Below are positions 1 to 13,705 of a DNA stretch of 64,000 nt, piece after piece (the stretch's first letter is position 1; every line of letters starts with the position of its first letter). The position numbers and the translations under genes are program-made. The notes beneath the pieces are model-generated. The model was not told the DNA's origin. It saw only the letters and a list, made by a program, of their open reading frames with translations, and did not search any database. This DNA is from Ascidiella aspersa (Eukaryota). The stretch lies in the NCBI GenBank assembly GCA_963924565.1, contig OZ004613.1, positions 13,082,001 through 13,146,000 on the forward strand, read 5' to 3'.

Positions 1-87
1 CTAGTTTGTATTTCATAGAGTTTTTGTTTGATAATTATTAAACCATTTAAACTTAAATGGCTTCAAAAACCCGTTCAAATCGAATGC

Positions 88-296
88 TTTTTAGGTCATT
101 GACTCACCTTTCTTCCTTTTTTCATTGATATTTAATGCTTTCTTTGGTCGCTTAATGCCAAAAAGCCACACCAGCTGTCCAATGATAATCGAAATCCTTT
201 TTAGGTCATTGACCGGTCTTATTTCCTTTTTTCATTGGTATTAAATGCTTTCCTTGGCCGCTTGATGACAAAAAACAACACCAGCTTTCCAACGAT
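88..296 (+). repeat. Diverged tandem duplication, about 109-bp unit x2
   Basis: CTTTTTAGGTCATTGAC...CACCAGCT.TCCAA.GAT occurs twice. Confidence 0.75.
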
Positions 297-383
297 TTAC
301 CAAGCTTCTAAATTCGAAATCACGGCAGATTCTCGTTTAGTTCTAAATATACACTTTAAATCCTATCCTCGGTTTTCGTGTAG

Positions 384-3300
384 GACGAGGAACTGTACGG
401 CGACTTTGAAGACCTCGAGACAGGCGAAAGCCACAAAACTGAAAAGGAAGAGGAGGCAGAGGTGCGACCTGAGAACAAACGAGAGGTAACATCTTACTGT
501 TTCCCAACTTCTCCGTTGTCTAGAGATGTCCGATAATATCGGATCAGATACGATACGCGATGCCAACTGGTAGTATCGGTAAACGGTACTTGTCCGATAA
601 GGCTGGTATCGATACTGATCCTATACCAAATTATTTGAGCATTTCCACCGTGCTTTGCGTTCTAACCAATTGTTTTCCACTTTGGAAAGATATTTTTTCT
701 AGAAAATTTTATATTAATAATGTTTGTTTTTTATAGCTAAAGTAATTTTTGGTGGAGCAAAATGGAAAACATTACGTTTTACGTTACAATTTTAGTAATT
801 TTGGTTATTTTACTAAAATGATGAACCCATTTGGTATATTGTCAGATTTTGTTCCACAAAATATCGGTTATCGGTACAGGAATGAAATGCGTTGTATCGG
901 ATATTCTTATCGTTGTGTAATTTCAACTGTTTTTATTAGTTGAGCTTAATTAGATGAACTTACACGGAAAAACATCGTAGTTCTTTTTGTTTCAAAAAGT
1001 ACGTTCTTGACTAGTGGTCCACAAAGGGTCTGCAAAAAAATGAAGAAATGTTTACTCTTTACTATTATTTAAAGTCGAAGAAGGAACGCGAGGAGCGTAT
1101 GCGGGAAAAGAGGATGGAGCGCAAGAGGAAGATGAAAGAGGCTTTCGATCGCGACTATGACGTAGAGAAGTCGTCGGGAAAGGTCGCGAAGGTAAACAAA
1201 TTAACCAATACCCAGGGGGTCGAACCGGTACCGAGCCGGAACTTTATAAACCGGTTTTGGGCCAATTTTTTACGAATTGTAACCGAACCTCTGAACCGTT
1301 TACCGTTTTTTGTAAGATTTTAAGGAGCCGAACCGGAACTGAACCAAATACTTTGAAAGAACATAAACCTTAACCGAACCCGAATCTGTCCACAATAGCG
1401 GTTCACTCCGGCATGACGTCACAACTTGTATTTTACAAAGTCTAGCTATACCAATATTGATTAAAACAACGTTGATATTTATATTTTCAGATCTTTCAAT
1501 ACGAGTTGCTGTTTTAATACGTCACGTAACTTAGATTAAATGAATTACAATTCATTATTTTCTACATTTATTGACCCACATTTTTAGATTTAACACAATT
1601 TATATTGTATCCGAACCGGAACCGTTTGAACCGGTTGTAATAACGATGATCCAACCGGAACTTAACCGGATTATGAAAAAAATCCATGAACCCGAACAAA
1701 ACCTGAACCGAAAAAGTCAAACGTTGCGACTCCCTGCAAATACCAACGGCATGTTATACCATTGAGTGAGCTAAGTTCGCGTCCCAATTCAGGTTGCCAA
1801 AAAACACTATCACAAAATCTATAGGTTCAGCTTTTTTTAACAATTTATTGATATTTGCATTTAATCAAACATCTAAAAAAATACAGCCCATGGTAATCAA
1901 GCCTTTACCAAATCGTTCATACGCATTTCATCTAGAACTGAGCTAATGTTATTGGATGTTCTCTATGCGGCCGTTAGTCTCCTTCTAAATTAATGTTTAT
2001 ACAAACTAAAGTTTTTATACCAAATATTTGCAAAACTTTTCGCGATTTGCGATAACAACTGACTTCAGTTGTATTGTCGCACGAGATCACTCTGTACACT
2101 TTTTTTTAGAATAAATTATTTTCGGACGTGATAAACACAGCATTAGCCCTAAAGATCCGTGTCTCAGTTTGGCTTATTTGGGCCTTGTATTATGTAACAA
2201 TATGTATGTAACGCTTCACGTTGCGAACTTAACGGGGATATTACTGTATTTTTACATATTTTTTTACATTTAATTTTGTATTATTCATGAAAATTCGTAA
2301 ATACTCTGTTTAATTTCCAATTTTACCACACCTGCCGCTCTCGTTGATCGATTCATTAGGCTAAACTTAGATATATAAAACTTATATGATAAACTTAGAT
2401 AGAGTGAATTTTATGTCTATAATTATTGTTCAAACATTTATAGAGGTTACATCGATTCACCATGTTTCTATTGTTATTTAGACCAGTTTTTATTGATATA
2501 TTTTAATTGTACTGCTTTTTAAATCAAACCAGCAGGTAGCTTTTGAGCAAGGTTTTAACCAAGGCTTTTGTTTTTTTTAGTTTAAAGGCCCGTTTACACT
2601 ACAGCTGCACTGAGCTGCACTGGGCGTGAAATTGTTTTCACTTCAGCTGCAGTGAGCTGCGCTGGGCGTAAAAATCGCTCCAAACGTAATGTGTTTCTAT
2701 AGCGGCACTGGGCTTGAGTTTAGCAAATCGTGAAAATCTCTCCAAAGCGTATTTTTAAGCTAGCTGCAGCTGCTGCAAGGGGCTTGAGTTTAGCAAAGCT
2801 TGAAACGCTCGCCACAATAGAATTTAAATGCAAATTACGCTTTGCTCAGCTCAGTGCAGCTGTAGTGTAAACGGGCCTAGAGCCTCATTAGTTTCCCAAG
2901 GTTTCGCCACGCTTCTACGTTTTACAAGAGATAAGCAATACGCTTTTATTTGTCTGCGTTTCTGCAAGCCTTTCTTAAAGTGAGGTTAACGTATGCCCTA
3001 CGCCCTAGTACGTCGTAGGGCTACTCACGGTAGGTACAAATATCCTTTTAATTTCAACACACTTTTTAGGTAATTCTAGAGCAGGGGTGTCCAACAAGCT
3101 AATAAAAAATGGCACGCAAGCCCTCCCCAAAAAATACTTAAATTGTTATTTAGCCAATTGCCAAAAAAGCTCAATTTGTTATTCAGCAAATTGTCAGAAA
3201 ATACTAAGTTTGTTATACAGCCTATTTGTTTGTTCACAATATACCATTGTTTGTTCACAATATAAAACAATCGCGGCAATCACGACAACCAACAACTACT

Positions 3301-6300
3301 TTTGATATAGTAACATTATACTGTGTGGAGGCTAACATTCACATAATATTATATAGCTTGGTGTGAACAAACAAAAGTCAGCTCAACGAGAGACACTTTG
3401 ATGTAGTGATGCGCATTTTTACTAGACAGTTTTTTTTTTCAAGTTTAAATAAACGTTCTTATTTTTGGTAAAATAAGCGCTTTTATGATTAAAAGGAACT
3501 GTTTCGGTTACGAAACTTTGGCACGGGAAGAAGTTATAAGATAAAAATTGGCACGCCGGCATGTTTGAGTTGGACACCCCTGTTCTAGAGAGACAAGGGG
3601 ATCAATAAAAAAATATCTGGTGGGTCAACTTATGACCTTCAGGTTAGAGGTTTGCCTTTCGTGACCTGTAGTATATCAGAACGGTGAAGAACACGCCAAT
3701 TTAAAATACGTTTTATCCCTTTAGTAACCCAGCCTTTATGATTAACCTTTTTGAGCAGTTAAAAACCTGAGCAATGTTAAGCGCTTCTATGTCTGTTTTT
3801 TCAGGGGGAGGACCCGCTTTTCGACGAGGTCAAGCGAGACCTGGACGAACAAGCAAAGATGAACCGGGAGGAGTTCCAGGACATGGATGACGTCACTCGG
3901 ATACACTATGAGGGCTTCAGGTGAGCCACTTGTTCCGTGGTTCTCAACCGGGGTGCCGCGGCACCCTGGGGTGCCATTTCTAGTGCTCAAGGTTGCCCAG
4001 GGATATTTGAAAATCTTTAAGAATCTGATTTTTGCTCAGATTTTTTGCTCTTTTTTCTGTTAAAACGTTTGGGTAAGAGTGACATTTGGGTAAGAGTAGA
4101 GTGGAACAAATCGAATTATAACTTCGTACGTTGTGTAGAGTGAGTTGTTCCAGTTTCGTTTATGGTTTGTTATTGTAGTGAATTACCAACGGAAAAATCT
4201 TGTAGGGGTTCCCAATCAATTTATTATTTCTGATGAGGGTCGCTAGCCATAAAAGGCTGAGAAACATTGCACTAGTACAACATCTGTAGTTGTTTATAAC
4301 CACAAAAATTCCCGTGTATCTCGGCTGCTCCTTTCTGGTCAAACTGTCACCTGATTGCTAATGAATTTGTTTCTATTAGCGCAAAATATATCTTGCGTTA
4401 ATTTAAAAATATCCTCATGTAAATTAGCATATTGATTATATTGAGTGTTTGTGGGTGAACTTAAAACACTAATGTTCATTGTGTGGGATGTTTTCAGTAT
4501 CACAACAAACACTTTCGTTTGTTTTCCAGACCCGGACTCTATGTTCGTCTCGAGCTCCGTGGTCTGCCCCACGAGTTCGTGACCCACTTTTCACCCCACT
4601 CACCCCTAGTTGTGGGTGGCTTGCTGGCTGCTGAAGGCAACATGGGTTACTTGAAAACCAGGATCAAGCGACACAGATGGTATAAACGAATCTTAAAGGT
4701 ACGTTCGTCGTTTTCACCGGACACATGTACTTTTGCAATTTTCGTACTGTAGATTCATATTGAATTTCATGAAACTCAGTTTTTTCAACGTGGCTTTTTT
4801 TACATGACTACAGAATGTGTTCCCTTTAATTGCGCAGCCACACCAGACAAATTGCACAATCTTCACTTAAAAAAATCTTCACTTTTTTTGCAGCTACAGT
4901 TTGAGCATTTTGCATTCGCTTTTTTTTTCGTTGATGTTTGTTGCTAATTTCAAGTCAACATCAACACCGCATTGACGATTTTGACGTAATACATGTTTTG
5001 CTGTAAATTACTTTGTCTAATCCGTTTTCATCATCCATACTTTGTATGTTTTTTTATATCACGTAGAATTAAATGTCTGCGCAGAAAACCAAGCTGAAAG
5101 TAGAAAAAATCGTTTAGAAGTGTGCTGAACACACCAGTGGAGTGTTTGACAATAACTTGGGATCGTGAAACCGAAATGCATTTGGGGGACGTTTCTGTGC
5201 AGATAAAGCTGTGGGGCCAATGGCCTTCAAAAAGTCATCCTGACAAATGCAAATGAGCGAATAGTTCGCGATTCTTGATTGTGTGCTAAAGGCATCAGAT
5301 ATCCTATCTTGCTAAATTGCTCGTTTCGTGGCTCGAACGTAACGTTTGGATAATTCGATGTGTCATCTCAGCCTTTCCAAAACTATTTACACCACATTGT
5401 TTGAAACCTTAGTAAATTGGAGATAATTAGAAATTTATTGAGTTATGTTTGATGTCTCCTATTTCTGTCAACAAACTGAAGTGTGTGTTTTTGTTGTAGA
5501 CCAAAATCCTCTGATAAACCTTAGTAAATTGGAGATAATTTGAAATTTATTGAGTTATGTTTGATGTCTCCTATTTCTGTCAACAAACTGAAGTGTGTGT
5601 TTTTGTTGTAGACCAAAATCCTCTGATAAACCTTAGTAAATTGGAGATAATTTGAAATTTATTGAGTTATGTTTGATGTCTCCTATTTCTGTCAACAAAC
5701 TGAAATGTATTTTTTGCTGCACACCAGAAATCCCCTGATAAACCTAAGTAAATTGGAGATAATAAAAAATTTATTAAATTATATTTGATGTCTCCTATTT
5801 CTGTCAATAAACTGAAATGTATTTTCTGTTGCAGACCAAAGATCCCCTGATAGTGTCCATTGGCTGGCGCCGCTACCAGACCCTTCCTATGTATTTCATG
5901 GAGGACCACAACATGCGCCAGAGGATGCTCAAGTACACCCCGGAAAATATGCACTGCTGGGCTCACTTTTGGGGGCCGATCACCCCCCAGGTGGGGGCAA
6001 AGATTTTATCTTCTTACTATTAGGCTACATACCGAATTTAGTGTTTTAGTAAGCTAACATAATTTAGGAATAACCTAAGAATACATAGCTATATATTTAA
6101 TCGCCCACCTTTTGGGGGGTTCGACTGGAAAAAAATAAATTGGGTCAATTTATATTGGCAGGGCATATTGAAAAACTTGGTTAGCTTTTCGCGATCCTTC
6201 ATTTGCCAATTTTCTCTCTTTAGCCAAAACTTTTATATCAGTTTGAAATAAACCAATTATTCTGTTTGTAAAGCTCTTCGATGCTTTGGACCTTTGACTG

Positions 6301-9300
6301 ACATTTAAAACAAAGTCACCTTTTGTTCAAATCTTTCGTAAATAACTTGTAAGGGGCGGATTTCAATCAGAACACTAAGAAGAACATACAATCTCTATTA
6401 AATTGTTTAGCATTTCAGGCCTTATATTCCTGTTTATTTAAGGGCAGCAAGTCATCATTTACCCCTAATTTAGGGCCAAAACATTTATCCAACTACAATA
6501 CCCCATACTATTTATCCAACTACAATACCTATTTATTACCTACATAAAGCGAATAAGCAAATAACATTGCACGCACACTTGCATCAACCAGGGCACAGGC
6601 TTTCTCGGTGTGCAGTCTATAGCGGGCAGCAACCCGGCGTTCCGCATCGCCGCCACCGGCACCATTCTCGAGTCGGATTGCAGCACTCAGCTCGTCAAGA
6701 AACTCAAGTTGGTCGGGCACCCGTACAAGATCTACAAGAGCACCTGTTTCGTCAAGGTGGGAAACCTGCTTCGTTCTATAGTACGGTTGTTCAAAAAAAC
6801 ACCTTTTTCTCGAATTTCAATTGGCAATTGTCGGGTTGTGCCAAAAACCCCACAAACCAAATCTGAACACGTTTGGTTCTGTATTTTGACCGTGCTACGT
6901 CAATTTGAAAATTCCGATTTCGGTTAAAATTAAAAAAGAAAATTATTCTTCGCCTAAATGTTTTTTTCTGGTTTTTTTAATGTTTTACAATGAAATAGCT
7001 ATAAATAAACCTGCTTTACAGTTTAAAAGTGATTTCTCGTGGTATAAACGTCACATTTCTACAACATTTGTTGGGTTGTTTTATACGAAAAACAGCTTTT
7101 TTTTCTTTTTTTTTTTTAGCATGTTTTCATTAACTGAAATTCAAGAAAAACTGTTTTTTGAACAACCCTATTGTATAGTCTACGATAAAACTCAAAATTT
7201 AAAAAGTAAAACCAGCATCAGGCAGTTTTTGAAGTAATATATATTTCGCTTATACTGGCATCGTCAGTTCCTATAAGTGTCTGATCCTGAAATGTCTGAT
7301 CCAGGTTTTACTTGTGTTTTTAAACTTTTTGTTTATATACTCGTCAGCGGAACAGTGATCGACAAGCAGAAACCTGCTGCCAATGGTTTTGGATTCCATA
7401 AAGATGCGCCTTTATATCGTTGTGGTCTTTACGGGTTTTGCCAAAAAAAAAAAACGCTGAAAACATTTATCGCGTAACAATCTTAACGGGAATACCGAAA
7501 ATTAAAGACTAAATATAAAGGATACAGATCCCTTACGAAAAGTGAAACATTTTATTTAAATAAGCAAAAAAAATGTAAGAATATCAAAGCTCATATAATA
7601 GTATAGGTAACACCAAGTATATTTAGTTATATTTGTAACGTTTAAAATGTTACCTATTCTATATGGGATTAGATAGTGCTACTAACTCAAGCCAAAACAT
7701 TCAAATATTATGCTACAAAGCAAACAAAAATGATTCTTGATATTAAGGTTTTTTTAATACCTGTTGGTAAATAGCTTAAGGCAGAAAAAGGACGATAAAA
7801 AAGGACTAGAATTGGATTTATAACGCTAAACTACACGGAACTATTACTGCGATCTGCAGAAATGGCAAAGACATAATTAAACACTAACAGCCGTCGCTCT
7901 ATTAGGATACTAGTGAGGCTTTAAGTAGAGCGAGACACATAAAAACATAGCACGAAATCAGCGAATTCACATTCCCCAAAACTCCTCGAAATATACCAGT
8001 TTGTTTAATTAATATTTCTTCGAACAAAACAAAAGCTTAAACGCAAATCTTAGTTGTAAATTGTCATCCTACCGCGTGTACAACAAAAGTATAACCACAT
8101 TTTTATACACACGTCCAACCCTCCCCTCTGTCATCCAGGATATGTTCAACAGTCCACTGGAAGTGGCCAAATTTGAGGGCGCCGCCATTCGCACAGTGAG
8201 CGGGATCCGGGGCCAGGTCAAGAAAGCCGTCACCGGCACCAACAGCGAGGGCAACCACGGGCCGCCCGGCGCCTTCCGCGCCATGTTTGAGGACAAAGTG
8301 CGAATGAGTGACGTCATCTTCTGCCGCACGTGGTACCCGGTCCCGGTAGGTTGTTTTACGGTGTCTTTTTTCTATTTTTTTTTTTTTTTTCAGATTGGTA
8401 TTCTACAATACAATTGTTGTTAAGCAATTTCGTGCACAAAAGTCCACCGAAAGGGGTTCGAATCACACGAAGCAAAAAAAATGCGTTTAGTTGGTTTAAA
8501 TTGGCTAAATATTATTTAAAAGGACACGTAACGCATTAAGAACACTAACGAGATCCGTATTTTGCGATAAATAAGGGGAATAATAGTCTAAATTAACAGA
8601 AATGTTAGTTTAACGAGTTTATTCAATCTGCGCAACATGCCAAAATATACATACCGCCTTAGGGATAAATAGATTTTCTAAAAACGGCCAAAACGGATAG
8701 AAATTCTCACAAGTTCGTAAAACGGATAGAATTTCTCACAAAATTCGATTTCTTTACGTGGTAAAACTTGGCAAAAATTATAGCTTGAGGTTGAGTGGTC
8801 TGGCTTCCTCCCTTTATGTATCTTACACTTCGATTAGCTTATTGGGTTTTTATTGTTTGTTTTTTGTTTGCGCCGCCAAATAATTTGAAGAGCATTGATC
8901 TTTTCACAACAACTGCTAGTTCACACGTGTATATTCCTACGTTTTACACATTCATTGTTTTTCGTTAGATATTTCAGTTTCTGCTGAAAATTTACCTTTA
9001 CTTCAGATTCCTAAGGTTCAGATCGTGGTCAACAACCTGCTACTGAAAGTAAAGGACTCCTGGTGCGGAATGAAGACGGTCGGGCAACTGCGATTCGAAA
9101 AGAACATAAAACCGCCAGTGGAAAGCGACTCGCTCTATAAGGTAGGACGTCAAATCAAAATTAGGTTGGTTTGTCAAGCGTCAACTTTGTATATTAAAAG
9201 TGTTACAACCTCTTGGTGGTCCCATACCAGCGTTTCTTGAATTTTTTAAGTTTAAGTTTAATATGTTCGGTGGTTTAACAAACCCTTCAAAGCATAAAAC

Positions 9301-12109
9301 ATATGGATTGGAAAAGGAGGTGGTTGATTCCTATTATCGCGAATATTTAGTAAGAACATTTTACTGCTTATTTAAATGCAAAAGTGCTCCCTGAAGTTGG
9401 ATATGTTTAGACATTTGTGTCAAGGCTATACTGACAAACTTTAACGTTCGACTCGAGAAGGACTCCTATTCCCTTAATGACTTTGTCTAGTTCAGCGATG
9501 CCGCGGCACCCTGGGGTTCTAATCCTCAAGGGGGCCAAAACATATTTGAAATCTTTCAGAATCTGATTTTTGCTCAACTCTTACAACTTTTTGTGTAAGG
9601 TTAGAGTGGTAGAGTTCAACTATAACCTCCTACGTTGTGTAGAGTTGATGTGTGTTGTTCAAGTTCCGTCTATTGTGACATTCTGTTAAATTACCTATAC
9701 GGAAAATTTCTATAGGGGTTCCGCAATCTATTTTTTATTTCCGAGGGGGTGCCTCAAGCCATAAAAGGCTGAGGAACACTGATCTAGTTTAACGCAAGAG
9801 TACTCCCTGATTTTTAAGACATTATGCCTTTATTGTGTCCTTTTTTTGACGACAAGAACCTACTGAAAAGCAATTGAGCTTTGTAATAGACCCCACCGCT
9901 TTCTTTCGTAATAACTTGTTTGAAATCTTATAGGCTTCGCTCCATTTAGAAAACAATTTTAAATGTAATAGTTATTTATTAACTCAGATACTGTTCTTTG
10001 TGGTTCGTACCTGTAAGTGAAACGGCTTGACCTGGTTCACTATTCTTTTTGTAGCCAATCGTGCGGCCCCAGGGCCGACAGTTCACTGGCTTGACAGTTC
10101 CAGGAGCCTTGCAGAAGGCCTTGCCCTTTAAGTCCAAGCCGAAGTTCGAGCGGGCCAAGAAGCTGGGCAAGAAGGATAAGCTGATGAAGAAGGCCGTCGT
10201 GCGAGAGCCTAAGGACAGACAGGTATATAGCGTTTAAGGCAAAGTTGGTGTTGATTTATTTAGAGTTTTGAGAGCTGGCAAAGTACAATCTTCTTCAACT
10301 TCCAAGGAATGATGAAAAATTTAAAAGTTTTTAAAAGCTGGCTTAGCTTTACAACATTATTTTTTATCACCGAAAAATGGTTGATCATTTTTAACCCTGT
10401 ACGTTAGCTTATATAATTTGTTAATCTTGTTGGCTATTAGTCATTCACAGTCCCTTTACACGCTTGACAGCAATAGACTAAGTCTGAATGAAATCCTTAA
10501 TAAATTTGAAATAATTGCCTAACAGCTTTGCTTTTGTAACAAAGAGAAATTATGCACCAAGGAAGTGCAGAATAATATTTAAATGATGTGGACCCTTTTC
10601 TTAAAATGTTTCAACTGTAACTATGAAATAATAACTGACCCTTTTCTTTTCAAAAATTCTATATTTTACTCATTTTCTATATTTTCATCTTGGCCAATCT
10701 ATCCAAATTGCCCAATTAATAGAGAAATTTTTGCAAATTAAACGTTCCCTTATTTGATGTCCAGAAAATCGTTCTGTTATATAAAGAAATATTTTTATTT
10801 AAATTACGGAAAAGGTAACGCAGCGTTGCTGTTCAGTGTGTTCACGTTAACGTCAACTACTTGAACCAAAAAGCAGATCTTTCTTGTTGAAGGCCCGTAC
10901 TTAAGAATTTTAAGGCGTCACAAAACTGTTTGCTTAAATGGCCGCTTACCTAAAAGAGCGATGTTCGCGAGCTGTATAACTGCAAGGTCCGAAGATCGCT
11001 TACCGGATATACAGTATTTTGTCCAGTTCATCAAATTGAATATTATTGAAGAAAATAAAACATTTTGTGGAAAATGTACAGTGGTAGTAAGCTTTTGTAA
11101 AACTATCGTTTACTTTCGAATTTTATTAAAACTTAGTTGATATTTTTATCTGACAAACATTCATCTTAATAAATATTAACGACCGTCGACCGTATAGTTT
11201 AATTGCTTTAAAGAAATGTGCCGCTGGCCAGAAGAAGTAAACCCACAGGCCTAAGTTTGCCGATCGCTTTATCTTGTGGCATCCATTTGTGCAATGGGAC
11301 TCGAGATAAGAACAACATCAATGTCGGAATAAAACACAGTTTTGAATATGGAAATATTAGGACTAATATCTAATGGTATTAGTACGGTCTAAATCGGAAT
11401 AATCCGAAATCCGTCGGAATGAGACCTAAATGGTCAGATCAGGCCTAAACAACACTTTAGTTACCCTAAACCCCACCCCGAAGTACGCCATTAACTCCCC
11501 TAATAAGTTCAACCGTATAACCCATTTTAAACCATTTAACGCCACCCATTACCCACCAATAACCCTAAACAGGACCAAAATTCTGGTGCCAAAACGGCGC
11601 CGGTTAAACTTGGGCGTCCAAACGTCGTCACTAAAACGGCCGATGTCAGACCGACTGCCCCCGATCGACCCATACCCTCTACCTATGGTTTCAGGTGTTA
11701 TTTTGACCATTTAGGCCTTATCCGAATCAGTTTAGGGCGTATTCCGGCAGATTCAGGTTTTATTCAGACGATTTCGATCTTCTTTTTTTAATTCTATGGT
11801 TTTATAGATTTTTCTGCTTTAGGTAGTGTTGCTTTTTAGGTTAGGTCTTGATTGTGTGTTTCTGTGTAATGTGTGCATTGAACACTCGTTTGTTTGCAGA
11901 TCGCGGCGCTGATGAGCGCTCTTCACACGATCCACCGCGACCGGCGCATCCGGACCGTGGAAGAGAAAAAGAAAAAGGTCCAGGAGCATCGCCGCAAGAT
12001 GGATAAGCTCGAGATCGAACAGCGCTTCCGGAACAAGGAGAGCAAGAAGAAGATCTACAAGGCGCTCGCCAAGAGCGATAAGGGATCCTCTTCCAAGCGG
12101 AAACACTGA
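384..12109 (+). CDS. BMS1: Ribosome biogenesis protein BMS1 homolog, 3' part (5' exons lie upstream of the window)
   Basis: GT-AG exons join in frame: 384-485, 1075-1191, 3805-3920, 4530-4698, 5835-5990, 6592-6756, 8139-8345, 9007-9141, 10055-10222, 11900-12109 (stop TGA). BMS1 motifs: [125 protein letters not shown]. Confidence 0.96.
521..909. mobile_element. Degenerate hAT-like MITE with (TATCGG/GATAC) subterminal repeats
   Basis: Starts TAGAGATGTCCGATA and ends TATCGGATATTCTTA (imperfect TIR); repeated ATCGG/CGATAC near both ends. Confidence 0.5.
1213..1736. mobile_element. hAT MITE with GAACCG subterminal repeats
   Basis: TIR CAGGGGGTCGAAC / GTTGCGACTCCCTG; TSD CCAATACC / CAAATACC (7/8); many GAACCG. 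Confidence 0.75.
2587..2877. mobile_element. PIF/Harbinger-like MITE
   Basis: Perfect 31-bp TIR GGCCCGTTTACACTACAGCTGCACTGAGCTG; internal duplications (CAGCTGCA.TGAGCTGC.CTGGGCGT x2, GGCTTGAGTTTAGCAAA x2); TSD unclear. Confidence 0.8.
3082..3582. mobile_element. hAT (Charlie-like) MITE
   Basis: Perfect 14-bp TIR CAGGGGTGTCCAAC; perfect 8-bp TSD TTCTAGAG. Confidence 0.9.
3935..4269 (+). mobile_element. hAT MITE family A, copy 1
   Basis: CCGTGGTTCTCAACC...GGCTGAGAAACATTG; TSD CACTTGTT/CACTAGTA; internally similar to 9493-9781. Confidence 0.75.
5404..5852 (+). repeat. Tandem array, about 112-bp unit x4, overlapping the BMS1 acceptor at 5834
   Basis: Units start at about 5404, 5516, 5628, 5739 (AAACCTTAGTAAATTGGAGATAAT...AGACCAAAATCCTCTGAT). 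Confidence 0.92.
9493..9781 (+). mobile_element. hAT MITE family A, copy 2
   Basis: Shares GCCGCGGCACCCTGGGGT, GAATCTGATTTTTGCTCA and GCCATAAAAGGCTGAG with 3935-4269; TSD GTCTAGTT/ATCTAGTT. Confidence 0.75.
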
Positions 12110-12606
12110 ACGAAAGGATAACGATTACGCATTACTAGACTGCGATCTTGTTGGCAGTAAACAACGGCCATCCAAGCCAAAAACATTTCTTATATTCAGT
12201 AAAGTTTTCAATTGAAAATAAGATTTAAATCGTTAAACCTACAGATTTATAATACTTTGAATGTATACTTTTGGCATAACATTTTTATTGTGTCAAGGAT
12301 TTCACTTAATTCTTATCGCTATGATAATGCTGTAGTTGATGTTCGGTCGTTTTTCCAGTTTTCTGTGTCGATGCTAGGAAATTTTGCGACAATAAACTAC
12401 CCGGTGTAGAATTGCTAAATTTCGTTCAATATAGTCTGGACTCAAATTTCGTTCAATATAGTCTGGGTGGCGTTTCTGGTTCTTTTGGGGGCGTTATGTC
12501 TGTCAGAAAGTTACTTGAAAAGCGCCTTCGACTAATCAATAAAACTACCAAAAAAAACTAAATCAATAAAACTATTTTGTTTTATTGCCCAAAATTGTAT
12601 TAATAG

Positions 12607-13078
12607 AAATGACTTGACTTAAGTCACTGTTTTTAAATGACTTGACTTGACTCAAGTCATTTTGGCAAAATGACTTGACTTGACTTAAGTCTTTCGGACA
12701 AATGACTTGACTTAAGTTTTTTGAACAAATGACTTGGGTTGAAATAAAGCATTTCTTTAAGTATTTTATTGATAAAAGTGAGCTATATGTCCAAATTTTG
12801 GCCCAAAAAACAAATTACTTGCTATATGTTCCGTTTTCCTTATTTTTTTTTAGTTCAGTTATTGTTCGTATTCATGCGAGTTTAAAAATTCTAATAGTTT
12901 AACGTTTTATTTTTATGGGACAGGACTTGAAGTTGACTTCTAATTATGACTTGACTTGCGCAACTGATGACTGGGACTTGACTTGTTATTTATTCAAAAA
13001 GACTTGACTTGGACTTTATTTTACAAAAAGCTTGACTGGGACTTAAGTCCTTTTTGAAATGACTTGTTTACAACACTG
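12607..13078 (+). mobile_element. 5'-truncated hAT MITE with (GACTT)n subterminal repeats
   Basis: Colinear with 13201-13705; ends GACTTGTTTACAACACTG. Confidence 0.75.
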
Positions 13079-13200
13079 GGTATTTCAATAGCGTTATTTG
13101 TGGAATAGTGGGATAGTACCATAGAAAATGTGCTCCGCGAAACGTTCAGCTAAAAAATGGTCGATATAAAAACCTCGAAACAATAGTAGGCTTGATATAC

Positions 13201-13705
13201 CAGTGTTGTAATGACTGAAGTCAATGACTTGACTTAAGTCACTGTTTTTAAATGACTTGACTTGAGTCTTTTGAGCAAAATGACTTGACTTGACTTAAGT
13301 CTTTCGGGCAAATGAATTGACTTGACTTAAGTCATTTGGACATTTGGACAAATGACTTGGGTTAAAATAAATTGTTTTAATTAAGCAATTATTTATAAAA
13401 TTGCGTTATTTATCCCAATCTTTGCACATAAAAAATTTGTTTGTAATATGCTGCTTTTACGTTATTTTTGACTTGAGTTGCTCATATTTGGAGAAGTTTC
13501 CCGTTTTCATAATTTAAAGTTTTATTTTTTTGTGGCTAGACTTGAAGTTGACTTGCTCTAACTATGACTTGACTTGGGCAACCGATGACTTGGACTGGGA
13601 CTTGGCTTGTTATTTATTCAAAAAGACTTGACTAGGACTTAAGTTATTTTACGAATGACTTGACTGGGACTTAAGTTATTTCAAAATGACTTGTTTACAA
13701 CACTG
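13201..13705 (+). mobile_element. hAT MITE with (GACTT)n subterminal repeats
   Basis: TIR CAGTGTTGTAA / TTACAACACTG; TSD TGATATAC / TGGTATAC. Confidence 0.85.

Noticed and set aside
10305-10400. Intronic box C/D snoRNA in BMS1 (ATGATGA)
   Set aside because: No suitably placed CTGA D box, terminal stem or rRNA complementarity seen.
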